From positions 1-20,866 of IMG/VR virus record IMGVR_UViG_2534682222_000015: a stretch of 20,866 nt of DNA; one strand, written 5' to 3'. The stretch is from a virus (lineage: Duplodnaviria > Heunggongvirae > Uroviricota > Caudoviricetes). Of this stretch, positions 14,925 to 20,866 are shown piece after piece. The translations under genes were made by a program, and so were the position numbers. The notes under the pieces are model-generated. The model was given only the letters and a program-made list of their open reading frames with translations, was not told the origin of the DNA and ran no database searches. Each line of letters opens with the position of its first letter. The first letter of the stretch is position 1.

Positions 14925-16801
14925 GTCCATCAGAACTTAGCGACCTGCTTTGGGCGCAGGTTGACAGGGTGGCTCCGCACCTGTTGCCAAACGGCAAGAA
15001 AGAGGGGCATGAGTGGGTTGCCGGTAACGTCAACGGTGACAAGGGAAACAGCCTTAAGGTCAACCTTAGCGGCAATAAAAAATGGGCTGATTTCGCTGAG
15101 GGAGACGGCGGTGACATACTTGATTTGTGGATGTCATGTCGTGGAATTAACCTGCATCAGGCTATGCAGGAAGCGAAAGCATTTCTCGGTATCAAGGATG
15201 ACGATCACCATTTCGATGCCAAACGTGAGAAGAAATTCTCCAGACCTGATCGCAAGAAAATCGCCCGCTACGTTACCAGAACAGAATCCCATCTTGAGTA
15301 CCTGCAATCGCGTGGCATATCGCCAGAAGTCGTAAAGCGCTACGAGGTTGTCAGCGGCAAGGTGTGGAATGGAGAGCGGGAACTGGATGCTCTGGTGATT
15401 CCGTACAAACGCGATGGTGAGTTGTTGCAGGTCAAGCGAATCAGCACTGAGCGCCCGGACGGGAAGAAAGTCATTATGGCAGAAGGTGATTGCGAACCTT
15501 GTCTGTTCGGATGGCAGGCTCTGGACGCTGGCGTGAGGGCGGTTGTACTTTGCGAAGGCGAAATTGATTGTATGAGCTATGCGCAATACGGCATCTCGGC
15601 GTTATCCGTGCCGTTTGGTGGCGGGAAAGGCGCTAAGCAGCAGTGGATTGAGTTTGAGTATCACAATCTCGACAGGTTTGAGGAAATATTCATCTCGATG
15701 GACGTTGATGATGTTGGTCGTGAAGCCGCAAGGGAAATCGCAAGCCGACTCGGTGAACATCGTTGCCGTCTTGTTACTCTGCCGTACAAAGACATCAACG
15801 AATGCCTGATGAACGGTGTTACCGAGGATGAAATCTGGCAGTACATCGGCACGGCATCCTACTTCGATCCTGAAGAACTCTACAGTGCGCGAGAGTTTTA
15901 CCAGGACACTATCAACGCTTTCTACGGCAAGCAGCAGTATCTGTTTAATCCACCGTGGGAATCTCTGGCAGATAAATTCCAGTTCCGTGAGGCAGAGTTG
16001 ACGTTGGTCAATGGTGTGAACGGTCACGGAAAAACGGAGGTTGTCGGGCATATGGCACTTGAGGCAATGCGTCAGGGTGTGAAGACGTGCATCGCGTCAC
16101 TTGAGCTGAAGCCTGGTATTCTCCTTAAGCGCCTTACCCGTCAGGCGACGTGCTGCAAGATTCCGCCAGTGCTGGAAATTGACTCTGCATTTAAATTTTA
16201 TGACGAAAGACTTTGGGTGTTTGGCCTGACCGGAACGGCGAAAGCCGACAGGCTGATCGAAATATTCGACTACGCTCGCCGCCGATACGGCATCCAGTTA
16301 TTCATCATCGACAGCCTGATGAAATGCGGCATAGGTGACGATGACTATAACGGGCAGAAAGCATTTGTTGACTCGATTTGTGACTTCAAAAACAAAACAA
16401 ACTCCCACGTCATTCTCGTTACTCACTCCAGAAAAGGAGACAGCGAAGAAAAACCAACCGGGAAAATGGACGTAAAAGGCTCTGGAGCGATAACAGACCT
16501 GACAGACAACCTTTTTATCATCTGGCGTAACAAGGCTCGCGAGAGAGCGTTACAGAGAGTTCAGAGTGGTGAAAGGATGTCAGAGAAGGACGAACAGCTA
16601 CTGGCATCTCCGGCATCTGTTTTGATGCTTGAAAAGCAACGTAACGGCGAAGGTTGGGAAGGTGGTGTCCCGTTGTTCCTTGACGAGCAATCGCACCAGT
16701 TCCTGCAACTTGAATCAGGATCGCCATATAGCTACATCGCCAATATGCCGAAATCGGAATATGACGAGGCGTGGCGACAGGAAAACGTGACGGAGTATTA
16801 A
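14909..16801 (+). CDS. Fused primase (Toprim) - DnaB/RecA-type helicase (630 aa)
   Basis: Toprim-like acidic motifs (…VLCEGEIDCMS…, …SMDVDDVG…) in N-terminal half; Walker A GVNGHGKTE and Walker B LFIIDSL in C-terminal half. Confidence 0.75.
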   Translation: MEAPLSPSELSDLLWAQVDRVAPHLLPNGKKEGHEWVAGNVNGDKGNSLKVNLSGNKKWADFAEGDGGDILDLWMSCRGINLHQAMQEAKAFLGIKDDDHHFDAKREKKFSRPDRKKIARYVTRTESHLEYLQSRGISPEVVKRYEVVSGKVWNGERELDALVIPYKRDGELLQVKRISTERPDGKKVIMAEGDCEPCLFGWQALDAGVRAVVLCEGEIDCMSYAQYGISALSVPFGGGKGAKQQWIEFEYHNLDRFEEIFISMDVDDVGREAAREIASRLGEHRCRLVTLPYKDINECLMNGVTEDEIWQYIGTASYFDPEELYSAREFYQDTINAFYGKQQYLFNPPWESLADKFQFREAELTLVNGVNGHGKTEVVGHMALEAMRQGVKTCIASLELKPGILLKRLTRQATCCKIPPVLEIDSAFKFYDERLWVFGLTGTAKADRLIEIFDYARRRYGIQLFIIDSLMKCGIGDDDYNGQKAFVDSICDFKNKTNSHVILVTHSRKGDSEEKPTGKMDVKGSGAITDLTDNLFIIWRNKARERALQRVQSGERMSEKDEQLLASPASVLMLEKQRNGEGWEGGVPLFLDEQSHQFLQLESGSPYSYIANMPKSEYDEAWRQENVTEY

Positions 16802-16831
16802 ATGACCATCTACATCACTGAGCTTGTAACA

Positions 16832-16861
16832 GGGGCTATTTACACAGTAGCCCTTTTTTAT
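16832..16861 (+). terminator. Intrinsic terminator after primase-helicase gene (GGGCTA-loop-TAGCCC + T6)
   Basis: Hairpin 16833-16853 followed by ttttttat. Confidence 0.6.
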
Positions 16862-16886
16862 TGGATTAAGAACGAGGGGGATCCTG

Positions 16887-17099
16887 ATGGACACCGTTAA
16901 CGGAATGTGTTCAGACGCACCGCGTGCCAAAAAATGTAAATGCGGAAAATCACCGACAATATTCAACATGGAGAACGTGTGCCAAATCTACTGCGCTAAC
17001 CACGCCGCTGTGGCGGCCGCGAATTATCGCAGTGCGGTAACGGAGTGGAATAACCTGAAATCTGTTAGAGAGGGAAGTCATGAAAAAACTAACCTTTGA
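16887..17099 (+). CDS. Hypothetical small Cys-containing protein (70 aa)
   Basis: GAGGGGG RBS; first ORF after terminator, precedes ninB. Confidence 0.4.
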   Translation: MDTVNGMCSDAPRAKKCKCGKSPTIFNMENVCQIYCANHAAVAAANYRSAVTEWNNLKSVREGSHEKTNL

Positions 17100-17520
17100 A
17101 ATTCGATCTCCAGCACATCAGCAAAACGCTATTCACGCAGTACAGCAAATCCTTCCAGACCCAACCAAACCAATCGTAGTAACCATTCAGGAACGCAACC
17201 GCAGCTTAGACCAAAACAGGAAGCTATGGGCCTGCTTAGGTGACGTCTCTCGTCAGGTTGAATGGCATGGTCGCTGGCTGGATGCAGAAAGCTGGAAGTG
17301 TGTGTTTACCGCAGCATTAAAGCAGCAGGATGTTGTTCCTAACCTTGCCGGGAATGGCTTTGTGGTAATAGGCCAGTCAACCAGCAGGATGCGTGTAAGC
17401 GAATTTGCGGAGTTATTAGAGCTTATACAGGCATTCGGTACAGAGCGTGGCGTTAAGTGGTCAGACGAAGCGCGACTGGCTCTGGAGTGGAAAGCAAGAT
17501 GGGGAGACCGGGCAGCATGA
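17080..17520 (+). CDS. ninB: NinB (Orf-family recombination mediator), lambda-like
   Basis: [56 protein letters not shown]… matches lambda NinB from memory. Confidence 0.9.
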   Translation: MKKLTFEIRSPAHQQNAIHAVQQILPDPTKPIVVTIQERNRSLDQNRKLWACLGDVSRQVEWHGRWLDAESWKCVFTAALKQQDVVPNLAGNGFVVIGQSTSRMRVSEFAELLELIQAFGTERGVKWSDEARLALEWKARWGDRAA

Positions 17521-17690
17521 TGCGATGTTATCGGTGCGGTGAATGCAAAGAAGATAACCGCTTCCGACCAAATCAACCTTACTGGAATCGATGGTGTCTC
17601 CGGTGTGAGAGAACACCAACAGGGGTGTTACCACTACCGCAGGAAAAGGAGGACGTGTGGCGATACAGCGACGAAGCATTACTCAAATAG
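17517..17690 (+). CDS. ninD: NinD (57 aa), lambda-like
   Basis: [34 protein letters not shown]…; ATGA overlap with ninB stop. Confidence 0.75.
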   Translation: MMRCYRCGECKEDNRFRPNQPYWNRWCLRCERTPTGVLPLPQEKEDVWRYSDEALLK

Positions 17691-17833
17691 CGTTAGACAA
17701 CCTGATTTTTACTCCTACCAAACGCACCAGATCCCGCAAGAAACCAATCCCCACAGAAAGCCAGGTAAAGACATTCGATTATGTCTACGGGCTGTTACAG
17801 GCCAAATGGAACCGCATGAGGAAAACAAGGTGA
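17657..17833 (+). CDS. ninE: NinE-like (58 aa, GTG start)
   Basis: Manual translation (M)[41 protein letters not shown]…; AGGAGGA upstream of GTG; resembles lambda NinE from memory. Confidence 0.5.
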   Translation: MAIQRRSITQIALDNLIFTPTKRTRSRKKPIPTESQVKTFDYVYGLLQAKWNRMRKTR

Positions 17834-18000
17834 TTGACCCAAATCGAAGTTACGAACAAGAAAGCGTCGAGCGAGCTTTAACGTGCGCTAACTGCGGTCA
17901 GAAGCTGCATGTGCTGGAAGTTCACGTGTGTGAGCACTGCTGCGCAGAACTGATGAGCGATTCGAATAGCTCGATGCACGAGGAAGAAGATGATGAATGA
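17806..18000 (+). CDS. ninF: NinF-like (about 57-64 aa; start ATG 17806 or GTG 17829)
   Basis: C-terminal …[43 protein letters not shown]…EEEDDE matches lambda NinF from memory. Confidence 0.6.
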   Translation: MEPHEENKVIDPNRSYEQESVERALTCANCGQKLHVLEVHVCEHCCAELMSDSNSSMHEEEDDE

Positions 18001-18718
18001 GTTAATAAATGGCAATGCCATCAAAATGACAAGCATTGAAATCGCTGAGTTGGTAGAAAGCCGCCATAGCAATGTAAAAGTATCCATAGATAGATTGGTG
18101 AAACGTGGCGTTATCAAGCCTCCTGCATTGCAGCACACTAACATAATCAATGATTTAGGTGTTATTACCGGGAAGCGTTATTTCTACGTCTTCGAAGGCG
18201 AACAAGGTAAGCGAGATAGTATTGTTGTTGTTGCCCAGTTGTCGCCAGAGTTCACCGCTCGCCTTGTTGACCGTTGGCGAGAGCTTGAAGAAGCTGCGGT
18301 TAATATCCCCAAAACGCTACCGGAAGCGTTGCGCCTTGCTGCTGACCTTGCTGAGCAGAAAATGCAACTGGAAAACCAGCTCGCAATTGCCGCACCTAAA
18401 GTTGAGTTTGCCGATCGAGTTGGCGAGGCCAGCGGAATTTTGATTGGAAACTTTGCAAAGGTTGTTGGAATTGGTCCAAACAAACTGTTTGCGTGGATGC
18501 GCGATCACAAAATCCTTATTGCTTCAGGTTCCCGGCGCAATGTGCCAATGCAGGAATATATGGATCGCGGCTATTTCACAGTGAAAGAAACAGCGGTCAA
18601 TACAAATCACGGAATACAGATATCGTTCACCACAAAAATCACCGGGCGTGGCCAACAGTGGCTGACCAGAAAGCTGCTCGATAACGGAATGCTGAAAGTA
18701 ACAGGGGAGGCTGCTTAA
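17990..18718 (+). CDS. Phage regulatory protein with Rha-like N-terminus and KilA-C/Ant-like C-terminal domain (Roi-like), 242 aa
   Basis: N-terminal …MTSIEIAELVESRHSNVKVSIDRLVKRGVI… (Rha-type); C-terminal …NKLFAWMRDHKILIASGSRRNVPMQEYMDRGYFTVKE… (KilAC/Ant-type). Confidence 0.65.
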   Translation: MMNELINGNAIKMTSIEIAELVESRHSNVKVSIDRLVKRGVIKPPALQHTNIINDLGVITGKRYFYVFEGEQGKRDSIVVVAQLSPEFTARLVDRWRELEEAAVNIPKTLPEALRLAADLAEQKMQLENQLAIAAPKVEFADRVGEASGILIGNFAKVVGIGPNKLFAWMRDHKILIASGSRRNVPMQEYMDRGYFTVKETAVNTNHGIQISFTTKITGRGQQWLTRKLLDNGMLKVTGEAA

Positions 18719-19008
18719 TGGCTAACCTACGCAAAGAAGCGCGCGGCAGAGAATGCCAGGTACGTATTTACGGCGTATGCAATGGTAATCCTGAAACTAC
18801 AGTTCTGGCACATTACCGGATGGCTGTAATTTGCGGAACTGGAATGAAGCCTGACGACCTGATCGGCGCATGGGCTTGTAGTGACTGCCACGCGGAGATC
18901 GACCGACGCACAATGATTCTCGACAACAAAGACGCCAGACTTTACCACCTCGAAGGCGTGATCAGGACGCAGGCGATACTGCTGAAGGAGGGGAAGATTA
19001 AGTCATGA
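18718..19008 (+). CDS. YbcO-like small Cys/His metal-binding protein (DUF1364-type, putative nuclease), 96 aa
   Basis: …RGRECQVRIYGVCNGNPETTVLAH…CSDCHAEIDRR… resembles DLP12 YbcO from memory; precedes rusA as in DLP12. Confidence 0.5.
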   Translation: MANLRKEARGRECQVRIYGVCNGNPETTVLAHYRMAVICGTGMKPDDLIGAWACSDCHAEIDRRTMILDNKDARLYHLEGVIRTQAILLKEGKIKS

Positions 19009-19400
19009 AAACCTACCGAATAAAATTGCCGTGGCCTCCTTCAAACAACCGATATTGGCGACACTCAAGAGGGATCCACTACATCAGCGACTGGGGGAAG
19101 AGATACCGAAAAGAAGTAATCGAAATAATCCAGCAACAACAGCTAGACATCAAAATCACACCTCGCATCAGAATAACCATCCACGCAGCACCTCCCGATA
19201 ACCGCAAACGAGATTTGGACAATCTGCCCAAAGCCGTTTTTGACGCACTCACCAGTGCGGGCTTCTGGCTGGATGACGGTCAGATAGACGATATGCGCAT
19301 CAAGCGCTATCAGGCGATTAAAGGTGGAATGCTTGTGTTGGTTGTGACTGAAACATGCGGGAGTTTGCCAATGATTACAGAGCTACTGGAGGCCGCATGA
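19005..19400 (+). CDS. rusA: RusA-family Holliday junction resolvase (131 aa)
   Basis: …IKLPWPPSNNRYWRH…RDLDNLPKAVFDALTSAGFWLDDGQIDD… matches RusA family hallmark residues. Confidence 0.8.
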   Translation: MKTYRIKLPWPPSNNRYWRHSRGIHYISDWGKRYRKEVIEIIQQQQLDIKITPRIRITIHAAPPDNRKRDLDNLPKAVFDALTSAGFWLDDGQIDDMRIKRYQAIKGGMLVLVVTETCGSLPMITELLEAA

Positions 19401-19603
19401 CGTTCTCAGTAAAAACCATTCCAGACATGCTCGTTGAAGCATACGGAAACCAGACAGAAGTAGCACGCAGACTGAAATGTAGTCGCGGTACGGTCAGAAA
19501 ATACGTTGATGATAAAGACGGGAAAATGCACGCCATCGTCAACGACGTTCTTATGGTTCATCGCGGATGGAGTGAAAGAGATGCGCTATTACGAAAGAAT
19601 TGA
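19397..19603 (+). CDS. ninH: NinH (68 aa), lambda-like
   Basis: [68 protein letters not shown] matches lambda NinH from memory. Confidence 0.85.
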   Translation: MTFSVKTIPDMLVEAYGNQTEVARRLKCSRGTVRKYVDDKDGKMHAIVNDVLMVHRGWSERDALLRKN

Positions 19604-20246
19604 TGGCAGCAAATACCGAAATATTTGGGTAGTTGGCGATCTGCACGGATGCTACACGAACCTGATGAAAAAACTGGAGACAATTGGATTCGACACCAAA
19701 AAAGACCTGCTTATCTCGGTTGGCGATTTGGTCGATCGCGGTACAGAGAACGTCGAATGCCTGGAATTAATCACATTCCCCTGGTTCAGAGCTGTACGTG
19801 GAAACCATGAGCAAATGATGATTGATGGCTTATCAGAGCGCGGAAACGTCAATCACTGGATGCTTAATGGCGGTGGCTGGTTCTTTAATCTCGATTACGA
19901 CAAAGAAATTCTGGCTAAAGCTCTTGCCCATAAAGCAGATGAACTTCCGTTAATCATCGAACTGGTGAGTAAAGGAAAAAAATATGTCATCTGCCACGCC
20001 GATTATCCTTGTGATAAATACGAGTTTGGAAAGCCAGTTGATCATCAGCAGGTAATCTGGAACCGCGAACGAATCAGCAACTCACAAGACGGGATCGTGA
20101 AAGAAATCAAAGGCGCGGACACGTTCATCTTTGGTCATACGCCAGCAGTGAAACCACTCAAGTTTGCCAACCAGGTGTATATCGATACCGGCGCAGTGTT
20201 CTGCGGAAACCTCACATTGATTCAGGTACAGGGAGAAGGCGCATGA
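19581..20246 (+). CDS. ninI: NinI Ser/Thr protein phosphatase (lambda PPase, 221 aa from MRYYERIDG…)
   Basis: GDLHG…GDLVDRG…GNHE metallophosphatase motifs; matches lambda NinI from memory. Confidence 0.9.
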   Translation: MRYYERIDGSKYRNIWVVGDLHGCYTNLMKKLETIGFDTKKDLLISVGDLVDRGTENVECLELITFPWFRAVRGNHEQMMIDGLSERGNVNHWMLNGGGWFFNLDYDKEILAKALAHKADELPLIIELVSKGKKYVICHADYPCDKYEFGKPVDHQQVIWNRERISNSQDGIVKEIKGADTFIFGHTPAVKPLKFANQVYIDTGAVFCGNLTLIQVQGEGA

Positions 20247-20866
20247 GACTCGAAAGCGTAGCTAAATTTCATTCGCCAAAAAGCCCGATGATGAGCGACT
20301 CACCACGGGCTACTGCTTCTGACTCTCTTTCCGGTACTGATGTGATGGCTGCTATGGGGATGGCGCAATCGCAAGCCGGATTCGGAATGGCTGCATTCTG
20401 CGGTAAGCATGAACTCAGCCAGAACGACAAACAAAAGGCTATCAACTATCTGATGCAATTTGCACACAAGGTATCGGGGAAATACCGTGGCGTGGCAAAG
20501 CTTGAAGGAAATACTAAGGCAAAGGTACTGCAAGTGCTCGCAACATTCGCTTATGCGGATTATTGCCGTAGTGCCGCGACGCCGGGAGCAAGGTGCAGAG
20601 ATTGCCACGGTACAGGCCGTGCGGTTGATATATCAAAAACAGAGCTGTGGGGGAGAGTTGTTGAGAAAGAATGCGGAAGATGCAAAGGTGTCGGCTATTC
20701 AAGAATGCCAGCAAGCGCCGCATATCGCGCTGTGACGATGCTAATACCCAACCTTACCCAACCAACCTGGTCACGCACTGTTAAGCCGCTGTATGACGCT
20801 CTGGTGGTGCAATGCCACAAGGAAGAGTCAATCGCAGACAACATTTTGAATGCGGTCACACGTTAG
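20243..20866 (+). CDS. Q: Late gene antiterminator Q (lambda-type, 207 aa), complete
   Basis: [39 protein letters not shown]… matches lambda Q from memory; stop TAG at window end. Confidence 0.9.
   Translation: MRLESVAKFHSPKSPMMSDSPRATASDSLSGTDVMAAMGMAQSQAGFGMAAFCGKHELSQNDKQKAINYLMQFAHKVSGKYRGVAKLEGNTKAKVLQVLATFAYADYCRSAATPGARCRDCHGTGRAVDISKTELWGRVVEKECGRCKGVGYSRMPASAAYRAVTMLIPNLTQPTWSRTVKPLYDALVVQCHKEESIADNILNAVTR

Noticed and set aside
1-20866. CRISPR arrays, tRNA genes, insertion sequences with terminal inverted repeats
   Set aside because: No regularly spaced short direct repeats, cloverleaf-like tRNA segments or transposase genes seen on manual inspection; the only mobile features are the prophage itself and the HNH endonuclease gene.
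20243-20866. PaQ antisense promoter (CII site) inside Q
   Set aside because: Looked for GCAA-N6-GCAA on the plus strand within Q but found only GCAA-N2-GCAA (about 20357-20366); cannot support the call without alignment to lambda.

Overview
This window is the left ~19.5 kb of a lambda-like (lambdoid) prophage integrated at the E. coli lambda attachment site, plus the flanking host gene ybhC (1-1284, minus strand). All calls rest on reading the sequence and on recollection of lambda/P22 protein sequences; no database search was run. attL carries the lambda core GCTTTTTTATACTAA at 1331-1345 with the P' arm, followed by lambda-type int and xis. The leftward early operon runs on the minus strand from PL (about 10119-10148): nutL, N, two AT-rich unknown genes, an ER/K-rich protein, cIII, kil, a P22-type Erf plus SSB recombination module (in place of exo/bet/gam), and seven uncharacterised genes before xis. 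The immunity region has a cI repressor and cro of non-lambda specificity, with operators of the form TCAC-N5-GTGA in both OL and OR. A 280-aa gene with a Bro-N-like N-terminus (possibly DinD/RhuM-like) sits in the slot lambda uses for rexAB. The rightward arm has nutR, lambda-like cII, an O-like initiator with GGTGACA/TGTCACC iterons, a free-standing HNH endonuclease, a fused primase-helicase, then a nin region (NinB/D/E/F/H/I lambda-like, with Rha/KilAC, YbcO-like and RusA in place of NinC/NinG) and Q. The best candidates for an undescribed system are the lysogen-expressed rex-slot gene (10511-11353) and the two-gene AT-rich cassette immediately downstream of N (8381-9538); both are of unknown function.
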